Part shown: positions 9,712-17,629 of the stretch, piece after piece
How positions within the stretch are numbered: position 1 is the stretch's first letter
Layout: the number at the start of each line of letters is the position of its first letter
From: Acidobacteriota bacterium
Lineage (GTDB): Bacteria; Acidobacteriota; Vicinamibacteria; Vicinamibacterales; UBA2999
NCBI GenBank assembly: GCA_052389315.1
Contig: JBQTIE010000295.1
Coordinates: 5,255 to 69,254 of the forward strand
Length of the DNA stretch: 64,000 nt
Direction: 5' to 3'
The notes under the pieces: generated by a model
Database searches by the model: none
Told to the model about the DNA's origin: nothing
The model's input: the letters and a program-made list of their open reading frames with translations, nothing else
Program-made: the position numbers and the translations under genes

Positions 9712-10731
9712 TCAGGCCTTTTCGAGTCTGGCGAGTCGGCCTTCGAGGTCCTTGAGCTGGCGACGCAGCTCGGGCAGTCGCCGCACGATGGCAAACGCCT
9801 TCCGCCACTCGAGGTTCTCCATGTGCGGATACCCTGTGATGAAGGTGTCTGGCGGGACGTTCCCGGTGACACCTGTCTTCGCCGACGCTTTCACCCGATC
9901 GCCCACCGTGACGTGGCCCGTCACACCCACCTGTCCCCCCAACATCACATCGTCGCCCAGGATGGTGCTTCCGGCGATTCCGACCTGGGCGGCGAGCATG
10001 CTGTTGCGCCCCACGACAACGCCATGCGCCAGGTGGACGAGGTTGTCGAGTTTGGTGCCGGATCGCACGCGGGTTTCGCCCACCGCCGGGCGGTCGATCG
10101 TCGAGTTGGCGCCGATCTCGACATCGTCTTCGATGACGACCGTGGCCACCTGGGGAATCCGCTCGTGGGTGCCGTCGTCGCGCACCGCGAAGCCGAAGCC
10201 GTCGCTCCCCACCACGGCGCCGTCCTGGAACACGCAACGCGCACCGACGACCACCCGCTCCCTGATGGAGACGCGGGTGTGCACGACACAGTCGGGCCCC
10301 AGCGTCGCGCCCGCTCCGATGACGGCATGGGCGTGGATGATCGATCGAGCGCCGACGCGGGCGCCGGCTTCGATGACGGCGAACGGGCCGACCGACACCT
10401 CGTCTCCCAGGTGAGCCTCGGTCGATACGACGGCGAGCGCATGAATGCCCGGCACACGACGCGGCTCCGGGTGAAGCACGCGTGCGGCGCGGGCGAAGGC
10501 GAGATAGGGATTGTCCGTTCGCAGAATGGCGCATGGCGCGTCAGCGAGCGTCGGCGACGCGATGATGGCCGACGCCTGGCAACGACCTACGAGGCCGGTG
10601 TATTTGGAATTGGCGAGAAACGTGAGGTCGCCGGGACCCGCGCCCTCGAGAGAGTTGATGCGCGTGATCTCGATCTCGCCGTCGCCTTCGAGCAGGCACC
10701 CGAGGTGCGCGGCCAACTCGACGAGCTTCAC
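9712..10731 (-). CDS. lpxD: UDP-3-O-acylglucosamine N-acyltransferase
   Basis: LpxD N-terminal domain (KLVELAAHLGCLLEGDGEIEITRINSLEGAGPGDLTFLANSKY) followed by hexapeptide repeats. A likely GTG start at 10731 gives 339 aa and a 13-nt gap to the upstream gene. The ORF itself extends to 10824. Confidence 0.85.
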   Translation of the reverse strand: MKLVELAAHLGCLLEGDGEIEITRINSLEGAGPGDLTFLANSKYTGLVGRCQASAIIASPTLADAPCAILRTDNPYLAFARAARVLHPEPRRVPGIHALAVVSTEAHLGDEVSVGPFAVIEAGARVGARSIIHAHAVIGAGATLGPDCVVHTRVSIRERVVVGARCVFQDGAVVGSDGFGFAVRDDGTHERIPQVATVVIEDDVEIGANSTIDRPAVGETRVRSGTKLDNLVHLAHGVVVGRNSMLAAQVGIAGSTILGDDVMLGGQVGVTGHVTVGDRVKASAKTGVTGNVPPDTFITGYPHMENLEWRKAFAIVRRLPELRRQLKDLEGRLARLEKA

Positions 10732-10744
10732 GATTCCGAGAATA

Positions 10745-11431
10745 TCATGTGCTCGTCGCGCGGACCGTCTCGCAGAAGGTGGCCAGGTGTTCCAGCTGAA
10801 GGCGCCTGGCGAGCTCGCGTACACGCTCCTTCCGCGCCGCGGGTTCGAGCATCATGGCCGCGCGAAGCTCGGCGAGGTCCGCGCTCGCGTCATAGTGCCA
10901 CGTGACGCCCGACAACCCCTTCTTGGCGCCGCGCATCGACAGCAGGTGCCCGACCACCTGAAAGGTGAAGTACAGGCCAATCACGTTCGGCCCGGGGACG
11001 ATGGTGAGCAGGGTGGCCGGGGCCAGCAGCGCGAGGTCGATGAACATCCATTTCAGATGGTGATCCGCGTCGGCCTTCAGTTGCTGGCGCACGATGCGGT
11101 CGGCGTCGGCCGGCATCAGGTCCGCCGGCATCCGCGCGCGGACCTCGGTCGCCTTGCGCAAGTGCCAGAGCAGCCGCTGCTCGGCGATACGTTCGACCAC
11201 AAACCCCATGATGCGGCGCCGGAGGCGGCCGACCAGGCCTGGCGGCTCCGAACGTTGCTCCTGCCGCCGGTGTCGCCACTCCTCGGCTTCGTGAAGCATC
11301 GCGTCGAACTTGCGCGTCATCCGGCGAAAGAGGCCTGGACTCTCCGGCCCACTGTCGATCGCCTTGCCGGGCGGCTCGAAGTACAGCTCGTAGCGCCCTG
11401 CCTTCGCGGTGGGGATCAGGAACACGTCCAT
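10745..11431 (-). CDS. hypothetical membrane protein
   Basis: ORF 10745..11542 trimmed to ATG 11431 (MDVFLIPTAKAGRYELYFEPP). It has a charged central region and one clear hydrophobic pair of helices (WMFIDLALLAPATLLTIVPGPNVIGLYFTFQVVGHLL). No family recognised. Confidence 0.5.
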   Translation of the reverse strand: MDVFLIPTAKAGRYELYFEPPGKAIDSGPESPGLFRRMTRKFDAMLHEAEEWRHRRQEQRSEPPGLVGRLRRRIMGFVVERIAEQRLLWHLRKATEVRARMPADLMPADADRIVRQQLKADADHHLKWMFIDLALLAPATLLTIVPGPNVIGLYFTFQVVGHLLSMRGAKKGLSGVTWHYDASADLAELRAAMMLEPAARKERVRELARRLQLEHLATFCETVRATST

Positions 11432-11466
11432 AGTGGTGAGGACGGAAGCCGCTGAGTCGTGGTTCC

Positions 11467-12354
11467 TCAGCGGCGCGGCCGGACAGGTCTGGGCGTCTGC
11501 GCCCGGTCGAGGGGAACGGCCGGCTTGCCAGCGGCATGCCAAGCGCCAACGATGACGGAGGCCACCGCCGTCATCGACCGATTGATCTGATGCTCGAGCA
11601 CGCCAAACTGCGTGCGCTCGAACGCCTTGAAGTACTCGTCGTCGTAGAACTCACGGCCCGCCACCGCGGTTTTGTCGGCGGCGAACACGCCGTCCGCCAG
11701 CCGGTTGCTCGCCAGAAGCACGTCGAACATGAACTCCCGGGGATCGGTCACCGGCGTTGGGGCGGCCGGCGCAATCGTCAGTCGCTGCCGCAGGCGGTCG
11801 AACAGCTCGGCTTCCCAACGCGCATGCAGGCCGTGCTGATTGGTGCGTTGCCCGTCGTAGTTGACCACGGCATGCAGCGGGACATGGCCATCTCCGATGT
11901 AGTGGGCCAGAATCGCCGAAAAGAGCACGATGTCGTCCTGCGCGTAGGCAGAGGGTGGTTGACGCGTGAGGCTGGCAAAGGCGCGGACGAGACGCCCGTA
12001 GAACTCCTGGGTGCGCCATGGCAACAGGCCCTGCGCGTGAATGACGTCGCGGCCGAATTTCTCGACCGCACGGTCGTAGTCCCGCGGCAGCTCGGCGAAC
12101 GGATAGGCGCCGAAGTGGTCGAGATCGACGAAGTGGTTGGGAGCTTCAGTCTCCCAGCCCACTTGCCGCCAGATGTCCGGGTCGAGCGAGCGCTCGACGA
12201 AGACCGCCTGGTGACGCTCGAACAGCGGACGCAGCTCCGCAGGGAGGAGGGCGATGACGCGCTCGGCGATGAATCGGTGCGCGTTGAAGCCCCACGCCCG
12301 GGCGGGAGTGGGAGCCAGCAGCAAGACGAGTATGAGCGTGAGGCAGATCCGCAT
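11467..12354 (-). CDS. S1/P1 nuclease or zinc phospholipase C-like secreted metalloenzyme
   Basis: The signal peptide ends ..ARA, followed by WGFNAHRFIA (the mature N-terminal Trp plus His is typical of this fold). Also HYIGDGHVPLHAV and GLHARWE, resembling the HxxGDxHxPLH and NLHxxWD motifs. Confidence 0.65.
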   Translation of the reverse strand: MRICLTLILVLLLAPTPARAWGFNAHRFIAERVIALLPAELRPLFERHQAVFVERSLDPDIWRQVGWETEAPNHFVDLDHFGAYPFAELPRDYDRAVEKFGRDVIHAQGLLPWRTQEFYGRLVRAFASLTRQPPSAYAQDDIVLFSAILAHYIGDGHVPLHAVVNYDGQRTNQHGLHARWEAELFDRLRQRLTIAPAAPTPVTDPREFMFDVLLASNRLADGVFAADKTAVAGREFYDDEYFKAFERTQFGVLEHQINRSMTAVASVIVGAWHAAGKPAVPLDRAQTPRPVRPRR

Positions 12355-12414
12355 GGTGTCGATCCCATTCTACGCGTCGGCGCGTGGGGACCGACCTCTT
12401 CCCAGGCCCTGGGG

Positions 12415-13365
12415 TCACCGAACGAGGGCCACCACCGTGGCCCAGCCGCGCCCTTCGGGTCCCGCGTAGCGATAGTCGTTGAGGAAGACGCGCGTCCCCT
12501 CCTCCCCCGACTCGAGCACATAGAACGGGAAGCGCGACCAGCCGAGATACGCCCGAAAGCGCGGAGTCGTCGAGGCCTGGCGCGCGGGGGGCTGGTCGTC
12601 GTTGACCGACACCCCGTAGCCCGCCGGCCGAAAATGCGGCCAGGGCTCGAACCACACCGTGCCCCTCTCGTAGCGGTCCCCCACGTCCACCACGACATCC
12701 CGCTGCAACGGGTTGCCAAATACCGGCGTCTCCATGAAGCGGGTGTCCGCCGGCTGTCCGGCGCGGACCAGACCGCGTCTGACCTCCGCGCGCGCCCACA
12801 GATTCGAGACGAACATCACGCCGATGTAGGCGGCGGCGACCGTCAGGCCGAAGGCCACGAGTCGCTCGGCGCCCGCCGACGCAGGTCTGGTGCGCGACCG
12901 TCCGAGCAGCAGCGCGGCTCCGAGAACGACATACAGGATCGGATCGACGACGTACAGCGCGTCGCCGTAGAACCATCGCTGCGAGAACGGCATCAGCAAC
13001 CTGACGCCGTAGGTGTTCAGGTAGTCCATGAACACGTGCAGCCACGTCCCCAGGCAGGCCAGGAGCAGGAGTTCGCGCGCGCGCGCCGGCGCGCGCGGGG
13101 CCCCCCGCCGGCCGACCTGCCGAACGCCGCGGTCCCAGGCCAGCATCGCGAGGGCGAGGGCCACCGGCAACACCACCATCGCCAGCACACCATGCGTCCA
13201 GCCCCGGCGGAACGACATGGCGAGCGTGTCGGTGGCGAACACCGCGACGTCGAGGTCCGGGAGGTTCGACGCGATGAGCAGCGTGGGCACCGCCAGGGCA
13301 GTGCGCCGTTTGCAGCCCGCCTGGGCCAGCGCGGCCCCAGCGAGCGTATGACAAAGGTTGTCCAT
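12415..13365 (-). CDS. membrane-bound metal-dependent hydrolase (YdjM/YbcI, DUF457 type)
   Basis: MDNLCHTLAGAALAQAG.., LLIASNLPDLDV and RRGWTHGVLAMVVLP are characteristic of this family. Several TM helices are followed by a soluble C-terminal domain. Confidence 0.7.
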   Translation of the reverse strand: MDNLCHTLAGAALAQAGCKRRTALAVPTLLIASNLPDLDVAVFATDTLAMSFRRGWTHGVLAMVVLPVALALAMLAWDRGVRQVGRRGAPRAPARARELLLLACLGTWLHVFMDYLNTYGVRLLMPFSQRWFYGDALYVVDPILYVVLGAALLLGRSRTRPASAGAERLVAFGLTVAAAYIGVMFVSNLWARAEVRRGLVRAGQPADTRFMETPVFGNPLQRDVVVDVGDRYERGTVWFEPWPHFRPAGYGVSVNDDQPPARQASTTPRFRAYLGWSRFPFYVLESGEEGTRVFLNDYRYAGPEGRGWATVVALVR

Positions 13366-13371
13366 GTCGAA

Positions 13372-15081
13372 TCAGCCACGGTGCGCGGCGACGGCCACCT
13401 CACGCAGATCTTTGCGCAGGATCTTGCCGACGTTCGACTTGGGCACCTGGTCTCGAAACACGACGGTCCTCGGGATCTTGTAGCTGGTGAGCGACTGGCG
13501 CGCGTGCTCGCGCACGGCGTCGGCGGTCAGCGTACGGTCGCGGGGCACGATGACCGCCACGACGGCCTCGCCGCACAGCGGGTCGGGCACACCGAGGACG
13601 CACACTTCAGCCACTCCAGGGTGAGTCGCCAGCACCGCCTCGATCTCGGACGGATACACGTTGAAGCCGCTCACGAGAATCATGTCCTTCTTGCGATCCA
13701 CGATGTAGAAGTACCCGGCTTCGTCCATCGTGGCGACGTCGCCGGTGGCCAGCCAGCCGTCGCGCAACACGCGCGCCGTTTCGTCAGGGCGCTGCCAATA
13801 CTCCTGCATGACCTGCGGTCCCCGCACGAGGAGTTCCCCAGGCTGTCCGGGCTCCACGTCCCGGCCCTCGTCGTCGGCCAGCCGAATGTCGGTTCCCGGC
13901 ACGGGCACGCCGATCGACGCCATCTTCGCCCGGTGAAACGGGTTCAACGTGACGACGGGCGATGTCTCGGTGAGACCGTACCCTTGGTAGATCGGCGTGC
14001 CAGTCATCTGCTCCCACCGCTCGCCCACGGCGGGCGCCAGCGCCATGCCGCCGGCGACGGTCCCCCTGAGCTTCCAGTCCTTCTTCGCCTGGAACCACGG
14101 TTCGTTCATCAATGCGATGAACAGCGTGTTGACCCCGGTGAACCAGGTCACCGGCTCTTCCTCCATCACGCGGCGAAGGTTGGTGAACGGACGAGGAGAA
14201 GGGATCAGGAAGTTGCGGCCGCCTACCGCAAAGAACACCATCAGGTTCGCCGTAAACGCAAAGATGTGGTACAGCGGCAACGCCGTCAGCATCACCTCCT
14301 CGCCCCGCCGGAGCCGCGGCTTCCACACCTCGAGGCTCGCGAGGATGTTGGCCAGCAGGTTGCCGTGCGTCAGCACCGCGCCCTTGGAGACTCCCGTGGT
14401 GCCGCCGGTGTATTGGAGCGCCGCGATGCTGTCGCCGGTGAGAGCGTCCGCGTAGCTCTCGGGCCGGGCACCCGCCGCGCGCTGCCGGGCGCCGGCGGCC
14501 AGCGCGTCGGGGAACGTCGTATGGGGGAACGACACGGGTGGAAGCATCTTCTTCACGTGCTTCTGCACGGCGCGCACGACGAAGCGCTTCAGCGTGGGAA
14601 GCAGATCCGCCACGCTCACGAGCACAACGGTCTTGATGGCCGTCTTCGGCAATACCTCGGCGACTTTGTCGGCGAACACGTCGAGGACCACGAGGCCCGT
14701 GGCGCCGCTGTCGGTGAACTGATGCCTCATCTCCGCCGGCGTGTAGAGGGGATTGGTGTTCACCATCACGAGGCCGGCTTTCAAGCACCCGAACACGGCG
14801 ATGGGATAGGCCAGGCAGTTGGGCATCTGCAACGCCACGCGGTCGCCCGGGTTGAACCGCGCCACCTCGCGAAGGTACACGGCAAACTCGTCGGAGAGCC
14901 GCTCAACCTCGCGGTACGTCAGGGTGCCCTGCGTGCCGTTCGGCAGGTACAAGCTGAAGGCCGGAGACTCCGCAAAGTTCGAGGCGGCCTCCCGCACCAA
15001 GGCCGGCAGATGCGGCCACGCGATGGCGGGAAGCTCCCTGCTCGTCTGCTCGTGGTATTGGGCGAACCATGGACGCGTCAT
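13372..15081 (-). CDS. long-chain fatty acid--CoA ligase (AMP-binding enzyme)
   Basis: AMP-binding motif LQYTGGTTGVSKGAVLTHGNL, then GYGLTETSP, WLATGDVATMDEAGYFYIVDRKKDMI and a C-terminal KILRKDLR. Confidence 0.9.
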   Translation of the reverse strand: MTRPWFAQYHEQTSRELPAIAWPHLPALVREAASNFAESPAFSLYLPNGTQGTLTYREVERLSDEFAVYLREVARFNPGDRVALQMPNCLAYPIAVFGCLKAGLVMVNTNPLYTPAEMRHQFTDSGATGLVVLDVFADKVAEVLPKTAIKTVVLVSVADLLPTLKRFVVRAVQKHVKKMLPPVSFPHTTFPDALAAGARQRAAGARPESYADALTGDSIAALQYTGGTTGVSKGAVLTHGNLLANILASLEVWKPRLRRGEEVMLTALPLYHIFAFTANLMVFFAVGGRNFLIPSPRPFTNLRRVMEEEPVTWFTGVNTLFIALMNEPWFQAKKDWKLRGTVAGGMALAPAVGERWEQMTGTPIYQGYGLTETSPVVTLNPFHRAKMASIGVPVPGTDIRLADDEGRDVEPGQPGELLVRGPQVMQEYWQRPDETARVLRDGWLATGDVATMDEAGYFYIVDRKKDMILVSGFNVYPSEIEAVLATHPGVAEVCVLGVPDPLCGEAVVAVIVPRDRTLTADAVREHARQSLTSYKIPRTVVFRDQVPKSNVGKILRKDLREVAVAAHRG

Positions 15082-15788
15082 GAGCAGATCGTCCCGAACT
15101 GAAAGCCCTTTCGACGGAGTTCAGGAATCAGCGCGCGGGTCACATCGACGGCATACTGTCGATCGGCGCGCGGATTCACATGGTGCCCGTCGTGAATGAC
15201 GATGATGTCCCCGGGCGACGCCCGGCGCACCAGCCGAGGGACGATGGCCACCGAGCGAGGTCGGAAGAATTCGTAGTCCCAGAGCATGAAGCCCCAGCCG
15301 ATCATCTGATAGTCGATGCGGCGCAGTCCCTCGAGCATCTGGCTGCCACGGAAGCCAGCGTGCGGCCGGAAGGCACGGCACGCCGCCCGGCCCGTCAGCG
15401 ACTCCAGGCGCGCGGAGAAGGCCGTGAGCGTGCGCCCCAAGGCCTCGGGTTCCAGGAACAGGTAGCTTCGCGTGTGCGAGTGCAGGGCGACCGAGTGGCC
15501 TTCCTCGGCGATCCGGCGCACGAGCGGCGCCGTGTCCTCGGTGACGTGCCGCTCGATGAGGAAAAACGTGGCCTTCACGCCCTCGGCAGCCAACACGTCG
15601 AGCAACGCCGGCGTCGCCGTCGGATTCGGACCATCGTCATAGGTGAGATAGACGGTGGGGGTGGTCTGCTGGCGGGGCATCCGCCAGATGACCCGGTCCG
15701 CATGCAGGGCATCGAGCAAGAACGGAAACGGCGCCGTATGCGCCAGAGCGACGACCGCGGCGGCCACGCCGAGGAAGAGCAGCAGCAT
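15078..15788 (-). CDS. polysaccharide deacetylase (NodB homology domain) with an N-terminal TM/signal segment
   Basis: TVYLTYDDGPNP..ATFFLI..HSVALHSHTR motifs. ORF 15078..15848 begins at a TTG, but ATG 15788 (MLLLFLGVAAAVVALA) is the more plausible start. The stop overlaps the acyl-CoA ligase start (ATGA). Confidence 0.8.
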   Translation of the reverse strand: MLLLFLGVAAAVVALAHTAPFPFLLDALHADRVIWRMPRQQTTPTVYLTYDDGPNPTATPALLDVLAAEGVKATFFLIERHVTEDTAPLVRRIAEEGHSVALHSHTRSYLFLEPEALGRTLTAFSARLESLTGRAACRAFRPHAGFRGSQMLEGLRRIDYQMIGWGFMLWDYEFFRPRSVAIVPRLVRRASPGDIIVIHDGHHVNPRADRQYAVDVTRALIPELRRKGFQFGTICS

Positions 15789-15987
15789 GCCTGTTCCAGG
15801 AGTCTGCCACAATACAAGAATGTCTAACGAGGCCCTGCCTGAGACCAAACTGTGGCATCTGTGCCGCGTTTGGTCCCCGTGGGGTCGTCGCTGGCGACGG
15901 TGGAGGCTTCAGACCGCCAAGCCTGTGACGTAAGCAGGGCCTCGATAGCCATGATGTTGTCTTGCCCCGCCTCCGGCGGGGCAGTCG

Positions 15988-16349
15988 CCTTGACGGAGAA
16001 ACTTGACTCATCTGGTCAGCATTCGGGGCCGTCAAGGCTCCTCGTGTGGCGGCGACCCGGACCGCCCGCGGGCTTGCCTCGCCGGGTGGCCGTCTGTTGC
16101 CCGCGCCCTACCGTGCCGAAATACCGTCAAGGGTTCGTCGACGACGTGACTCATTCGCTTGACAACCGGCGTTTCCAGTCGACTAGAAAACTTGACTCTG
16201 CAGATTTCCAACCACGTGAGTCAAGTTTTCTCGCCCGGCCGGAGGACGGGCCAGCCAACACTGTCCCTCGCGAGGCGGAGCCCCAGCGGCAGATGCTCGA
16301 CGGTGTGAGGCGGAGCCTCGCTAGTGTCGTGTCCCGCGTAAGACTTGAC
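15988..16349. repeat. array of TTGAC-core 9-mers with nested inverted repeats in a 585-bp intergenic region
   Basis: CCTTGACGG at 15988..15996 (+), 16029..16037 (-) and 16124..16132 (-). ACTTGACTC at 16001..16009 (+), 16190..16198 (+) and 16218..16226 (-). CTTGACAA at 16158 and 16344. Perfect 13-bp inverted repeat GAAAACTTGACTC / GAGTCAAGTTTTC at 16186..16198 and 16218..16230. Direct repeat GAGGCGGAGCC at 16272 and 16307. Confidence 0.8.
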
Positions 16350-16373
16350 AATACTCCGGAGCGCGGCGCCCGG

Positions 16374-17348
16374 ATGGCAAGGCGCGACGACCGAGCATAT
16401 TGGGCAAATGCACGGGAGGAGCAACGCCGCCAGCCGGGATGCCCCGCCCGGAGGATTGGCAAGTTTTGCGTGGGACAGGACACGAGGACTTGGTGGATCG
16501 GCGGGCTGCTCTTCTCGCTGCTGCTCTCCGGGTGCAATAAGACAGACACCCCGACGGCTCCGACGCCACCCAACGACGTGTTCTACGCAGCCGTCGGCGC
16601 CAGCGACGGCATCGGCTTCGGTGGCAGCGTGCCGTGCGTCCCCTTCGATCCCGACTGCCCCAGCGGTACCGGGTACGTCTATTTGATCAAGCGGCGGTTC
16701 CAGAGCGAGGGGCGGACGGTCACGTTGAGCAATCGATCGCTGCCGGGTGCCGTGCTGAGCGGCGCCATCCTGACGCTCGGACGCGACATCGGGCGCAACG
16801 ACATACCGGGCACCTTCATCGATCAGATCGTACCGTTCGTGCCGGCCACGACGACGCACATCACGATCTTCGCCGGCGGCAACGATGCGAACGTCATCGC
16901 CCAGAACGTGCGGGCGGGCCGCGCGGGCCCGGACGTCCGCGCCTTTGTCGATCAGCATGTCCGACAGTGGGGCACCGACGCCGAGGACATGGTTCGGCGG
17001 CTGCGGTCTCGAGCCCCGAACGCCCGGATTGTCGCCTTCAACCTGCCGAACCTGGCGGCCGCGCCCTATGTGGCCTCGAACACGGTGCAGGAGCGCAGCA
17101 TCCTGCAGCGCATCGCGGTCGGCCTGACCGACCGCGTCAACGCCCTCACCGCCCAGAGCGTTCTCGTCATCGACCTGATGTGCGAGCCCCGCGTCTACGA
17201 CGCCTCGAGTTTTTCTTCCGACGGCTTCCACCCCAACGATCGCGGCTACGCCCTGATGGCCGACCTGGCCTATGCGGCGCTGGTCAGCGGCGCGGCGGCA
17301 CCTCCTCAGGCCAGCTGCGGGCAACGGACGCTGCTCCCGGTCTTCTAG
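16374..17348 (+). CDS. SGNH/GDSL-family hydrolase lipoprotein
   Basis: Lipobox LLLSGC, block I FYAAVGASDGIGFG (GDS-like), block V DGFHPNDRGY. ORF 15852..17348 is open much further upstream, but that part is repeat-rich non-coding DNA. Start is either ATG 16374 or GTG 16470. Confidence 0.7.
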   Translation: MARRDDRAYWANAREEQRRQPGCPARRIGKFCVGQDTRTWWIGGLLFSLLLSGCNKTDTPTAPTPPNDVFYAAVGASDGIGFGGSVPCVPFDPDCPSGTGYVYLIKRRFQSEGRTVTLSNRSLPGAVLSGAILTLGRDIGRNDIPGTFIDQIVPFVPATTTHITIFAGGNDANVIAQNVRAGRAGPDVRAFVDQHVRQWGTDAEDMVRRLRSRAPNARIVAFNLPNLAAAPYVASNTVQERSILQRIAVGLTDRVNALTAQSVLVIDLMCEPRVYDASSFSSDGFHPNDRGYALMADLAYAALVSGAAAPPQASCGQRTLLPVF

Positions 17349-17629
17349 GGCGCGGTTTCCGGCGCCTGCCGTCGTCGGGTCCCTCTTTCGGGTCTTTGCC
17401 CCATTTACGCGGAAAAAGTGTCGATCGTGCATGACGACCGGGAGATTGAGCCAAGAACACCCGTGAAATATGCACGAGTGACGCTTAAAACGTGTATGAT
17501 CTGCACGATTTTGACGTTACAAGCTCCGTCACTGGGGCGGGCTTGCATCCGGCGCTCAGACTGAGTGCCGTGGCAGCGAACTCGAGGGAGCACGACGCCT
17601 CACGCGACGAGGCGAGGAGGTCAACGCAC

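Noticed and set aside
11536-15102. A 1188-aa plus-strand ORF, the longest in the window.
   Set aside because: It runs antisense to four well-supported minus-strand genes (nuclease-like, YdjM, acyl-CoA ligase, deacetylase). Its translation is an Arg/Gly/His/Asp-rich low-complexity string with no recognisable motif. This is a typical stop-codon-poor antisense frame of GC-rich coding DNA.
15852-16373. The N-terminal 174 codons of ORF 15852..17348, which would make the GDSL lipase 498 aa.
   Set aside because: This stretch coincides with the repeat- and palindrome-rich intergenic DNA and has lower GC and no protein-like features. The lipoprotein signal peptide begins only after 16374 or 16470.
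17532-17548. A sigma54-like element, CTGGGGCGGGCTTGCAT, upstream of glnN.
   Set aside because: The GG to GC spacing is one nucleotide short of the TGGCAC-N5-TTGC geometry, and the -24 box is poor. A second near match (TGGCAGCGAACTCGAG at about 17571) lacks the GC of the -12 box.
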